Shown here piece after piece: positions 23,101 through 34,179 of a stretch of 64,000 nt of DNA; the first letter of the stretch is position 1; each line of letters begins with the position of its first letter. Both the position numbers and the translations under genes were made by a program. The DNA comes from Pachysolen tannophilus NRRL Y-2460 (Eukaryota). The stretch is from the NCBI GenBank assembly GCA_001661245.1, contig KV454016.1, forward strand, positions 792,648-856,647. Reading direction: 5' to 3'. The notes below the pieces were generated by a model. The model searched no databases and was not told where the DNA came from. It saw nothing but the letters and a program-made list of their open reading frames with translations.

Positions 23101-23878
23101 TCCAAATCCACATTGTGTTCAATGTATGAATCTTGTTTTTCAAAGAGTTGAAAAAATTATCAAAACTTGTAATATTCCTTCAAGAATAAAGTTCATGTTA
23201 ATGGATGTTGTTGATTTGAGAAGGGGTAAATGGGTTGGTAACGATATTAACAAGGGTCCAAAGACCTTGACGGAAATTCATGAGGATGCTGAGAGGAAAA
23301 GACTTGAAGATGAAAGAGCTAACCAAGAACGTCGTCAAAATAGTCATAGAGGTGACTCAAGATCCAATTCTTCAAGAGGTGGTAGCAATAACCAATGGGG
23401 TTCAAATTCTAACAGAGTTTCTCAAAATGATATCAAGAATGTGGGTGTTGTTAGAAATTCTGACAGATCTTTAGGACCGATGAACAATTTCCAGAGATCT
23501 AGATCGACCAAGCAGGGTAGCAATAAGAGCAATAGTGGAATTAATCTTAATAGTGGTTTTACTCAAAACATACAATCAAGTAACAATAACACTAGTAGCG
23601 GCAGCAATATTGCAGCCGCTGGTAATATTTCTTCACCATCTTTGTCCCTGGTTAAGGATAATGCTGGTAGAGAGAATTCAAAGAGAGATACTCCAGCTTC
23701 TAATATGTTTGCTGCGTTGGAAGGACACGGTGGAGATGAAGAATCGAGCGATGAAGAAGTTGCTTCAAAAGAAGCTCCAATTGAAGGAAAAGAATCTATA
23801 GTGTCCACCCAAGCCACAGTGAAAGAGGAAGAAAGTGAAGGAAAAGTGAGCGCCAACGGTTTGGAAGGAACAAATTAA
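20177..23878 (+). CDS. TIF4631: Translation initiation factor eIF4G
   Basis: eIF4E-binding KYDPPFLYQF, KSANRWVP and MIF4G domain (LNKLTLEKFD, KACDEPHWSSMYARFC, RRGLGLVRFIGELYK). Next to RPT6, like TIF4632 in S. cerevisiae. Confidence 0.95.
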   Translation: MNNSNIPPQPPSSTGGTPQRAPTATSNSGSGGTYNSNRHHHNNNNSNNGNNSNSNKTYRKNYNKDGGALYPQQMQYLQSAYYQHPNMYASGYHQQYFYPGSIQLPQYNLEQYSNYYQQQQQLLQLQQQQLQQQQLHHHHHQQLQQQQQQQLQQLQQQIYQNHLLNKSLSGSKVTLTNKDGKPLDIKQQQQQQLLLLLLLLQRGGSIPSTPQLSQAQQFQQVNSSSQSTTVLSSAKSSVVSTPVAKDAHAQLSRPTGPSTPLRPDATTLTSSKPISSPSKISDSEKKDAAASFKAAIAAKLAAAKKSQHQSKTASTTPVPVSASTTTVSASSSDPAKDPSQEPVSKEGTPAFATIASPPSSASPAQEQAQVLAQTQASKPVSQEKQVIEESVSETARNDGSEAVVATSTVVDTKKESPEVNDTKQEPSTILGEEAKPIPEKEETEVKTKETTQIPHVPHLPKKPETHPALEDPKVEKVKEVILEKPEAVSTLEAEKASTVTDATATSDVTTDAVSTSVPQPLKSETILEEQSDDAAAKKIPDIPEVPKFTISKLMGKLRFARVVNAYDFTYPEGFSGPDSKFKNSDKIKYDPPFLYQFQNKLELPKDKDWDTKYGSKIVIPDQRSSNKNSNSGNYQQRNNNAGNNNAGSSQQFGKGFVGVNGSNGPMQIRSGSNMRTADFNSRSGSRQNSKRRVGGANVSGAREKSTRNRDGSKRHNTKFGDRPEDEMRQHDQPPPEPVKPLEKSANRWVPRSRVKAEAEVKTAPDGSVIYSEEDVERKVKSHLNKLTLEKFDSISNEILNIANQSKWEKDGKTLKQVIELTFAKACDEPHWSSMYARFCFKLVTDISKDVQDETYLDPKNGVPLSGPVLVRRYLLTRCQLEYEKGWTDKLPTNADGSSIEPEMMSDEYYKAAAAKRRGLGLVRFIGELYKLGLLLDKIILQCLNAQVTNITDPSEDTLENLVQLLRTVGELLDNSPNPHCVQCMNLVFQRVEKIIKTCNIPSRIKFMLMDVVDLRRGKWVGNDINKGPKTLTEIHEDAERKRLEDERANQERRQNSHRGDSRSNSSRGGSNNQWGSNSNRVSQNDIKNVGVVRNSDRSLGPMNNFQRSRSTKQGSNKSNSGINLNSGFTQNIQSSNNNTSSGSNIAAAGNISSPSLSLVKDNAGRENSKRDTPASNMFAALEGHGGDEESSDEEVASKEAPIEGKESIVSTQATVKEEESEGKVSANGLEGTN
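20753..20776 (+). repeat. In-frame (CTG)8 run directly after (CAA)6 in eIF4G
   Basis: caacaacaa ctgctgctgctgctgctgctgctg caa, in frame with the ATG at 20177. Confidence 0.95.
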
Positions 23879-24905
23879 AGGGGTACTTTGTAAAGTGTTT
23901 AATTTGTCCTATTGATTACAAATAATTTTATTCTTCTATAGTTAGGGTTTTTTCAGGCATTTTCTAGATGAGAGAAAAAAACATTCATATTAATAGTTAT
24001 TGTTAAAAGTTTCTGTTTTATTTTATCATTATTACTACTGCATGTGATCGAAAGAGAAAACCAAAAGATTTCGTTTTGTCGTTTATTTTTTATTTTTATT
24101 TTTTATTTTTTTTTTTCTGTTTATTTTTATATTTTTTTCCTCCAAATGAAAATAGTTGTTAAAATTGGATTTTTTTATATATCTTTTAATATTATTTTTA
24201 TTTTGTTTTTGTGTTTTAAAAGTGTTCGACGATTATAGCCTTTTTAAAGACTAGAGAACTAATCTACTAGTTTAACAGTCATATTTTTGCACTATTTTTT
24301 TTTTTTTTATCCATTTTTTAATTAAACTATCCGGTCCTATATATTTATTTAGCAGCAAGTACCTAATGTGTTCGATAAGTTCAAGGAAATCATATTATGA
24401 TTAACTCATTATAATATTTAGAGACTTAATTTAACCAAGAACAATTTTTTTTGAAAATGATCAATGAAAATAAAAATAAAGTAAAATTGAAAAAAACTCG
24501 ACAAAGTAATGATATTCTCCAAAACGTAAGTTAGGAACAATACATAAGAATCTAATAAAACCAAAAAAAAAAAAAAAAAAAAAAATTAAAAAAGAAAAAA
24601 AATCTAATAGAAAGAGAAGAACTGAAAAAAAATAATCCTTAAAAAACATCCAACCAAACACTAAACACTAACAAAAAAAAAAGTTCTCAATTTTTTCATT
24701 TTTTTTTTCTTTCTTTCACGGAAACCAACTAGACAAGAATAACAAAAATGAAACGAAAACGAAAACGAAACCAAAAATAGAGGAATGAACCTCAAATAAA
24801 AAATAAAAAATAAAAAAAAAAAAAAAAAAAAAAAGCAACAAAAATAAAACCTTCAATAAGCTAGCCCCTCTTCCTTTACATTAACCACCTTAAAAGTTTT
24901 TATAC

Positions 24906-27011
24906 TTAAATTGTTCCCTCATCATAAATACCTAAATCAAACCAGTGGTGATTTAATGCATCAATGGCCTTCAATCTTTTATTAGGATCATAAGTGAGAG
25001 TTTGTTTAATCAAATCAATGAAATAATACCAAAATCTGTACTTGTCCTTGCTTAACCTTTTGATATTATTAACTGTAAAATTTTCCTCTAGCGTTAGTTC
25101 ATAATTTATTTTCATACCTATCTTGGAACTTATGAGTTCATCAAGACTTAAAATAGAATTAACTGTCTTCAACGATCTAACTGGAGTCTTTTTGTTTGGA
25201 AACAACAATTTCCCTGTTTTTGGATCAAAACACAATTCAACATTTGTTTTCTCTTTCAGAAGTTTTTCATTCTTGGAATAACACTCATTTACCAAATGTA
25301 ATGGCATTGGCTTGTTTAAAAATTTTTCCATCATTGCCAAATGTTCCAAATCTTCATGAGTTCTAAACAAAGTTTCACCTGTAGCCAATTCAACCAAAAT
25401 ACAACCAAGTGACCACATATCACAAGGAAAAGACCAACCAATATTCAAGACAATTTCTGGAGCTCTGTAATGTCTTGTAGAAACCACTTGAGAATGATAT
25501 TCATCATCAAAAATTGCCGATCCAAAATCGATTATTTGTATCAAGGGGTCCTTTAAAATCTTTGAATATGCACTGTTATTGTAAGGCTTCTTTGAGAAAG
25601 AAGAATCGTGCAATAAAATATTTTCAGGCTTCAAATCAGTATGAATCAATTTCAAATCATGTAAGAAGGCAACTGATCTAATCAATTGCTTTGCAATAGC
25701 CTGTATATGAGATCCTGGGAAAGGTATGAAATTATTATTTTCCATAAAGTCAAATAATGAGATTTGTAATAAATCCGTAACAATGCAAATATGTTTTCTA
25801 TAGTCAAAACATTCACGTAAATGAATACAGTGATTTTCATTATTTGGGTCATGTTTCTTTATAGTCGACAAGACTCTTAATTCAATTTTACTGGCTTCAC
25901 GATATTTTGGAACAGCACGAATAATTTTTATAGCAACTGTTTCATTATTCTTATGATCATGAGCACTAACAACTTTACCAAAAGTACCTTGACCCAACAT
26001 TTTCTTAATTTCAAATCTGTTATTTGCAAACAATTCACCAGGTCTAACAACGTAATGTCCTTCTTTATCATCACAAGAAGTATCAGCTACTTCCTTTGAA
26101 GTTGATGCCCCATTACTAAAAGATGGTCTCCTCGCACTTTGACCAGAGTTTGAAAAAGTATAATTATTATCCCTAGCATCAGGATATGGAATATAATTTG
26201 TCTTAATTTCACCAATTCTTGTACCCATCAACTCACGCAAATTCGGCGGTGGCTGATAAGATACTTTTGCATGTGGTAACTGTGGCAACGACTTGGTTCG
26301 TGGTTTCTTTGAAGGTTTCATTGGAGGTGTTCGTAAGCTATACTGGCTGAAACTATGACTATTGTAGGCATTGCGATGACGAAGAGGAAATTCCTCATTA
26401 GCCCTGTTATTTCCAACAACGACATCATCATCATCATCATCATCATCACCATCGTCATCGTCATCCTCAACTTCGTCGTACTCGTTATCATTATCATTAT
26501 CATTATCAATATTATGGCCATGATGACGACGCCGAGGATGGTGATGGTGATCATCGTCGTCATCATCATCGACAGTCCTTACAACATTTGAACCGTAGAG
26601 CTGACTTGGCGGTGTGGCAATAATACTTAATGGTTCATTATTACCATCAATATTCAAGCTGGTATTTTTAGTTAATTCATTGGAACTAAGATGGTGATGT
26701 TCTTCTAAAATTATAATATCTGAATCATTGTCAGAAATTAAATTATCATCATCCTCATTGTCTCCATCGTCTGTATTACTGTTGTTCCCATATTCACCTT
26801 CAAAGCTATAATGTTCGTCATCTGAATCTAAAACGATAATATCTGTGGCTTGAGGATTTGCTGCAGAAATATTTGTAGGAGATGCATCATGATAATTAGC
26901 AGAAGTAGTATAACTATTCCCATTACCACTTGAGCCAAAAACATTCTCATGACCCCATGCTGAAGAGAGCTCTCTTGGTCTCTTCCGATTAATTGGTTCA
27001 AGCATTGACAT
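24906..27011 (-). CDS. KNS1: LAMMER dual-specificity kinase Kns1/Lkh1
   Basis: GQGTFGKV, HTDLKPENIL, IDFGSA, STRHYRAPE and EHLAMME. Near COX19 as in S. cerevisiae. Confidence 0.96.
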   Translation of the reverse strand: MSMLEPINRKRPRELSSAWGHENVFGSSGNGNSYTTSANYHDASPTNISAANPQATDIIVLDSDDEHYSFEGEYGNNSNTDDGDNEDDDNLISDNDSDIIILEEHHHLSSNELTKNTSLNIDGNNEPLSIIATPPSQLYGSNVVRTVDDDDDDDHHHHPRRRHHGHNIDNDNDNDNEYDEVEDDDDDGDDDDDDDDVVVGNNRANEEFPLRHRNAYNSHSFSQYSLRTPPMKPSKKPRTKSLPQLPHAKVSYQPPPNLRELMGTRIGEIKTNYIPYPDARDNNYTFSNSGQSARRPSFSNGASTSKEVADTSCDDKEGHYVVRPGELFANNRFEIKKMLGQGTFGKVVSAHDHKNNETVAIKIIRAVPKYREASKIELRVLSTIKKHDPNNENHCIHLRECFDYRKHICIVTDLLQISLFDFMENNNFIPFPGSHIQAIAKQLIRSVAFLHDLKLIHTDLKPENILLHDSSFSKKPYNNSAYSKILKDPLIQIIDFGSAIFDDEYHSQVVSTRHYRAPEIVLNIGWSFPCDMWSLGCILVELATGETLFRTHEDLEHLAMMEKFLNKPMPLHLVNECYSKNEKLLKEKTNVELCFDPKTGKLLFPNKKTPVRSLKTVNSILSLDELISSKIGMKINYELTLEENFTVNNIKRLSKDKYRFWYYFIDLIKQTLTYDPNKRLKAIDALNHHWFDLGIYDEGTI

Positions 27012-28731
27012 CTTTGCTGATTAAAAACAATCAATAATCGGACCGATTATTAGACCAAATAATAAATCTCTCAAAATTAAATAAATGTAACTAGCAGCAG
27101 CTGTTTTAAAAAAATAACTATGAAGCAAGCGTCTTCTTTCCTATGAACAAGTGATGTTTTGAAACCGCAATGCTTGATGCTTTTAACTTTTTTTTTGCAA
27201 TCAACTTGAATTAATTTAATTTAGCAACCTCAAGCAAAAAATGATGAAACCGATCAAAGCAATATTAAAAAAAGAACAAAAAAAAAAAAAAAAAAAAAAA
27301 ATAAATCAAAACTTCTGCTTATAAAGTATGATTGATACCTGATCAAAAAAATTAATAAGTCAAAAGTCAATAAATTTAATTAGAAACTAAAAAATTAAAC
27401 TAATTAATAGACATTCACTGAAAGCCTATTAAACAGTAATTGGGGGAAACAAAAGCAAAACAAAACAACAACACTAACAAAAAAAAAAAAAAAAAAAAAA
27501 TAAAAAAAAAAAAAAAAAGAAAAAAGGTTCAATAATTATAGACAAAAACTTGGATTGTTTTATGACTATTTCCAATGAATAGTATAAACCTTTGATAGAT
27601 TTGAATAATAAGTTTGAGGTTTATTTTTTTTTTTGTTTTTTTTTGTTTTTGTTTTTGTATTTGATTATATATATATATATATATATATAAATATATGTTT
27701 TAATTAGATTCTAATTAAGTTAAATATTATATAGATTGATTTCTAGATTTTCGTTATCAGCAAAAAAAAGAAAATAATTGCAGTAGTAAAAATCAGTACG
27801 GGCATCGCAGAAGGAAAGATAGCCCAAAGAATACAAGTTTTAAAAAGCGGGTTTTCTTTTATACAAGTTGAATCCGTGAAACCTTCAGCGCTTTATAGAG
27901 ACAAGATTTCTCTTTTATATAGATCAAATCATATTTTAAATGGAATAACATAGCTTAACCGCTGATATAAATTTGTTTTGTTATTAATGTTGAACTGGGG
28001 GAAACGTGCACATCTTCTACAAAGTCGCAGTAAACTTGAGCACTGGAGATCATACCTCTGCCACAGTGCCCGCAGAAAACAAAGAGAACCCAGAAACTCT
28101 TTAGTTTAGTAGTGAGAAACGTTTATTGTAGTAAATGAGCAATACATATTTTGAAACATAAGTTATATATACGATCTTGAAATACTTCAGATACTTGAGC
28201 TACTTACTTGACTTGAAATTGGTTTTTTTTTTTTTTTTTAAATCACAATTAACAGTTAACAGTTGAACAATTGTACCATACGTTGTTGATTTTAATTAAT
28301 ACTTTATCGGTCATAAATATGATCTAGATTTGCAGTTTGAACCAAAACGTTTTCATTAATCTTATGCACAATCAAATTGCCCAAAAAAGTAAAAAAAAAA
28401 AAAGTTAACCAAAACAGTAGTGTTATTGAACACCAAATAATAATTAATTTCGTATTATGAAATAAAAATTCCCCCCAAAACAGTAGTGCACTAATACACC
28501 GATAAAATAGCAAAAAAAAAACAAACAAAAAACTCGTATCAAATAAAAGTAGTGTCAGCGCGTAACAAAAATGTTTTTTTTTTTTTTTTAATTTTTTTTT
28601 TTTCTTTTTTTTCTTTTTCTTTTAAGAAACTCGCCACGAAATTTATCAGCCATTTTTACTCAAGTTGTTGTTTACTTTCCATTTGTAGAGTTGCGGTTAG
28701 TTATAGAGGTTAACGATCAATAGGAATCAAT

Positions 28732-30096
28732 ATGTCAGAATCGAATTCAGTGGTAGAGTTCTACCAGCAGCAGCTTACTGAAGTTGCTATGGCCATATCG
28801 GCACAGCATGGTGAAAGTGATAAACATGGGGGCCGAATAGATAATAACAATGATAGTGGTGGTAATAATAATAGTGGCGGTCGTGGAGACGGTAGTAGTA
28901 GAGGCAGCGGTAGTGGAGGTAGTGGTGGAAATGGCGAAAGTGGCGGAAGCGGTGAAAATGATGATGATGATAATGATAATAATAATAACGGTGCTAGCCA
29001 TCGTCATAATGCAGATGATGATCATGATCATGATCATCATATGGTTTCTTCAGACAATAATGATGATAAAAGTGGTAAAATCTTTGCGTGTGATCACTGC
29101 GATAAAATATTCACTAGAAAACATAATTTAGAGACACATAAATTGGTACATTCAGAGTTTAAGCCATATATTTGTTCAATGTGTAAATCTTCATTTAAGA
29201 GATCTCATGATTTGAAAAGACATCAAAGAATGCACACTGGTGAAAAACCACACCCATGTGATAAATGTGGTAGAAGTTTTGCAAGGGCAGATGCACTATT
29301 AAGGCACCGTAAAAATGGATGTTCTTCAAATCAAAAATTAATCCTGCTGCATCTTGAATCAAGGAACCCAGATGAAATAAATTCAGCATCTCCATTGGCA
29401 GTGGCGGCAATGAATAGTGATGTTTTGAACAATAATGATAGAAATAGGAGAAGTTATGAAACTGTACATTGGAAGGCATCAATTAGTCAGCCAATTGATA
29501 AAGTTCAGTTGAATCAACAATTTGCAAAGACATCCTCGGCTCTTTCAAATTCTCCCGTTGGTGCTAATAGTGCCAGTGGTGTATATGATCAGAATAACCA
29601 ATTTGCACAGGAAACTTACGACTCAACTGCATCAACAAATTCCACTTCAACTTCAACAGCAGCAGCAGCCGCAGCCGCAAATGTTTCATCATCAGGATTA
29701 GGGCCACACACTTCACTGCCATCCACTGCAGCACCTACAGCAGCATCAACGTCAGCATCAGCTTCAGCCTCAAATGCAAATGCAAATGCAAACTCAACAA
29801 CCCATAACAATAATATTAGGAATAACACTAATACCACTGCTAACAAAAATACCAATAATAATAGCCAATTATTAAATAACCTAACAAGAATTTTTCAAAC
29901 CAATATATCATCCTCTTCTCATAACCATCAGGGAAATAGACTTTCATCAAAAGAGACAAATACGTCTTTAGAAGAAAGAGTACTAAAATTAGAAGAATTA
30001 CATAGAAAAGATTTACTGAGATTAAAAGAAATGGAAGGCAGGTTAAGCGGTTTAGAAATGTTGTTAGAAAACACTAATAGCTCGGCAAGAAATTAG
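28732..30096 (+). CDS. Three-finger C2H2 transcription factor (Crz1/Crz2-like fingers) with C-terminal coiled coil
   Basis: CDHC..FTRKHNLETH, CSMC..FKRSHDLKRHQRMH-TGEKP and CDKCGRSFARADALLRH. Confidence 0.9.
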   Translation: MSESNSVVEFYQQQLTEVAMAISAQHGESDKHGGRIDNNNDSGGNNNSGGRGDGSSRGSGSGGSGGNGESGGSGENDDDDNDNNNNGASHRHNADDDHDHDHHMVSSDNNDDKSGKIFACDHCDKIFTRKHNLETHKLVHSEFKPYICSMCKSSFKRSHDLKRHQRMHTGEKPHPCDKCGRSFARADALLRHRKNGCSSNQKLILLHLESRNPDEINSASPLAVAAMNSDVLNNNDRNRRSYETVHWKASISQPIDKVQLNQQFAKTSSALSNSPVGANSASGVYDQNNQFAQETYDSTASTNSTSTSTAAAAAAANVSSSGLGPHTSLPSTAAPTAASTSASASASNANANANSTTHNNNIRNNTNTTANKNTNNNSQLLNNLTRIFQTNISSSSHNHQGNRLSSKETNTSLEERVLKLEELHRKDLLRLKEMEGRLSGLEMLLENTNSSARN

Positions 30097-30346
30097 AAAA
30101 AGTTAAAGTTAAAGTTATTTAGACTATAGATTTAGTTAACATATGTAAATTAGTGTTTTTTTTTTTTTGCTTTCTTCTCTTTTTCATTTTAACATTTTTT
30201 AGTTTACTTGGCTGATTTAAATAACTTTTATTAAAAAGTAGTGTGAATTTTTTATTCAATTTATAAGTTGATTTTTTTTTTCACCTTTTCATTTCTCTAT
30301 CACTATCTCTCTAATCAACATTATTAAAACATTATTGGAGTAATAG

Positions 30347-30710
30347 ATGTCAGGTAATCCAGGTATGTATTAATTAATAGCTTCCTTGTAACATATTTAT
30401 GTGAATTAAAAGCTGACAAAATTTTTTAGGCAATAAACTATCAGCATGGAGACCAAATCCACCTGAAAGAGGCTCATTCCCTTTGGATCATTTTGGAGAT
30501 TGTACTGCTGAAATGGAAAAATATTTGAACTGTCTTAAAATAGTCAAGAATGAAAATGCTCCAAATTGTAGGATATTGGCAAAAAACTATTTAAATTGTA
30601 GAATGGAAAATAATTTGATGGATAAAGTATCTTGGAAAGAGTTGGGGTTGCCCGAAGATAAAAAAATTATTGTTGAAGATAAAGTAGAAGAAACGGTTAA
30701 TAAAAGTTGA
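30347..30710 (+). CDS. COX19: Twin CX9C cytochrome oxidase assembly factor; exons 30347-30362 and 30430-30710 (98 aa)
   Basis: Spliced product [30 protein letters not shown]...C...[14 protein letters not shown]. Confidence 0.96.
30363..30429 (+). other. Spliceosomal intron in COX19 (67 nt, phase 1)
   Basis: GTATGT donor, AGCTGAC branch-like site (30411-30417) and TTTTTTAG acceptor. Confidence 0.92.
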
Positions 30711-31221
30711 AAAATTACCACAATTATACAGTATAATGTCTGTTGAGAATCATGTAAATAATTAACAGGGTAGGATCGATTTTGGTTGTTAAAGATGAAA
30801 AAAAAAAAAAAAACTTAAGGCGGGTTGTATTTATGCTTATATATATACATTAACAGTAATGATAAAACGGGAAAAGACAATCCCATATATAATCATAAGA
30901 TTTCAAATCTTTAACTAAATAGAAGTAAAGTAAAAAGAGTATATATAAAAAAGAATTAAAATTAACCGTACTCTGTAGATAGTTTACAAAACAAAATATA
31001 ACCAAAACCAAACACTAACCATGAAAACATCAAATAAAAAAAATTTCCATATCTCGCAATAACCACATTATTACCTACCACCTTAAATCCAATATCTGCT
31101 TGACTTCAAAAAAAAAAAAAAAACAAAAAAAAATAAAAAAATAAAAAAAAAAAAAAAAAAAGTTCAGGAGACAAATAGTTTTTGAAAAAAACAAATTACT
31201 AAAACACCTACTCAGTAGGTT

Positions 31222-33235
31222 TTAGGATCCAAATTTACTTAAAAGATAACATTTCACGTTTAAAAGGATACGATTAGCAGCTTTGGAAGACGAATTTAAA
31301 AATTTGTTGAAGTCAAGTTTTTGAGCACGATTATAAGTTCTAATTAGCCCTATCCGTGCTTCCTCAATTAAAACTCTACTCATATCAATACTCTTATTTC
31401 CCCATTTCTTTGAATTGCTGATATAAAATTTATGAATATGATTTAAGTTTTCTGAAGCATTTGAAAAAACTGTAGATAGCTGAGTAGATAGCTGGCCTGT
31501 CAATTTCCTTAATTTGGAAGCAGAAAAATCAAGTTGGTGATTTAAATGTTTACCAATTACTGTAAATTTCTTACTCAAGATTTCTGAAACTTGATCGTAT
31601 TTTTCATCAAACTCCACTAGAAACTTAATCATCAGCTTATTAGATTTCTTTGAAAGAATAACACTTTTTTTCTTTAAATCTTTCCAATGATCTGCAAGCT
31701 TATAATCTTTAGCCTTCTTAGAAATCAAAATCTTATTGCTTTTGTAAAAATTTATACTTTTCAATTTCCCTTCTTCAAAAAATTCTAGAGAACGCCTCTT
31801 CAGTTCATTAATGTTATCTGAATTATCTTCTAACAAACATTGAACTTTACTTTTTAAAGTTTCAGAGTTTTGTTCCACAAAATCAGCAAAATCAGCCGCA
31901 ATATTACCTAATAAAACAGAGCCTGTTTCTGCATATCTTGTAAAATCATTCAATTGATTAACTAATTCTTCAATGAAGATCTCTTGTTGTGACTTAAGTT
32001 CCTCTTTTAATTTATCCAAGTCCTCATTGGCTACAACGATGTTAGCATTCGAAGAAACAAGTTTACCTAGATGATTTAAATTAAATAATTTTTTAATATC
32101 CAGTAATTTCATCAAAGTTTTTCGCCTCTCAGGTATATTACTGAAAGACGATATATAACTATTGGACTTTGTACTATAACGAATTATGCCTCTATCTTTA
32201 ATTTTTTTGCTATTATATTGACAAAAATTTACGATAAATTCTGAATATTCATCAGTACCTAATTCGGGATTAACGTTAATAGAAATTTTATCTTCTTTGA
32301 AATCTCTAGCTAACAATTCGTCATTCAATAAGATGTTTCTTGATAGTTCTTCAATTTCATTTTTGGAGAAATCATTGTATTTTGCAGGAATATACAAGAT
32401 CAAATCTACCAGATCAATGTTTGAGATCTTGTTATCATCCAATTTTTCTTCTGAAATAGACCGCGTAACAATAGTTTTAAATTCTTCTTCAACGCAATGT
32501 AAAATAGTAATTTTCTTATCAGAATAGTACGTATCACGAATGTTGAAAAAAACAGAAGGTGGATAAGAATCAACTGAATCAATCAACCCCTTATTAGAAA
32601 TTTGATTAACACCAAAACTATAAGTTAGGTAAAGTAATAATGAAGTCAAAGCAATTCCTGCAATACTCAGGCCATTATACACAACTCCATGGAATTCTTT
32701 CTTAATTAACATTTTTGTTTTAACTTCTTCAAAAGCATTTAATGAAGCATAAAAAAATTCTTTGATGGATTCCATTGTAGAATTTAAAGAATTATTAAAT
32801 TGTTCCAAAAAATAATCAAGAATTTTTTCTTCATTTACAAAAGAATGTTGAGAATTATGATCGATATTAGTAATGTTATCCATTTGTTTATCATTTTCAA
32901 TATCATTTTCAACATTTTTTTTTGGGAAACTTAGTTTTGGTAAAGTTAAAGATGAATCCACCAATGGAGTAACCTCCTTTTGGGATTTAAGAGTTGAAAT
33001 AGAAGCCTCGTTATTTGGGGCATCAGCTGAAAGGCGCTCTCCGTCATTACCATGGTCATTTCCATGGACATCACCATGAGAAGTTCCATGTTCAATCACA
33101 TTCAGATTGTTATCGTCAAATGAGTTTGAATCGTCTGTCGAATAAATAACCGACCACGAATCATCTGTTTCATCTAATTCATCACCAGCTACCAAAACTG
33201 TATTACTATTTCTATTATTCCTTCTACTATTACTA

Positions 33236-33266
<31 letters not shown>

Positions 33267-33492
33267 CATTATTATTATTAGTATTGGTATTATTATTACT
33301 ATTATCTTGATCACTCAGATTCAAAAGACCACCAATATTTTTTTCAGAATCACTGCTATCATCGTTATTATTGTTATCGGTAGAAGGAGTTAAGCCTCCA
33401 CTTGAAGATGAAGATAAAGATTTCAAATCTGTTGGATGTTCATCATCCGATGGCCCACCATTACTGTCATCACTGATTTGATTCGAGGACAT
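31222..33492 (-). CDS. Orphan single-pass membrane protein with acidic N-terminus and helical C-terminus
   Basis: Long ORF with first ATG at 33492 (the ORF track starts at a TTG). One hydrophobic segment SIAGIALTSLLLYLTYSF. Family not recognised. Confidence 0.8.
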
Positions 33493-34179
33493 TTTTTCCA
33501 AAATAACAAACTAAATACTAACTGGGAGTTTGAAAGTTTGAGAGTTTGGGAGTTTGTTTCTTGATGAAAATAATTAATCCTTGACCAACAAAAAAAAAAT
33601 AAAACCCTTCGATAGATTAAAATCAAAAATTCTATTTTGAATCCTAGAAACTGATTGTTAGTCACTTGATGATTTCAAACCAAATATGAAACTAAAAAAT
33701 AAAATAAATTAAAATAAAGTAAAAAAAAAAAAAAAAAAAATAATAATAATTTATTCGACTGGATGGCTGATGATGATAATACAAATTATAGATAAGATAA
33801 GGTGAGAATATATTTATTTATACATACAATTTTTTTGAAAAGAATTTAAAAGGTTAACAATCAATTATATATAATTTATTAATTCATTCAAGATATATAA
33901 TCAATTAAATTTTTGAAAAGAATAATCAATAAATTACTTTATCGTTTTGATTATATCAATTGATTTCAATTTATTAAATAATTATAGTTAATTCCACTGT
34001 TATTGGTGGCAATTTTTAAATTTTTTTTTTAAATTTTTTTGTTTTTTTCCTGTTTGAAATTTTGGTATTTATTTAAAATTTTTTGGTAAATGCTACAAAT
34101 ATTTATAGATTGTAAAATGATTGTAAAATAATAAAACTATTTATATAAATAAATATATATATATATATATATATTTAAA

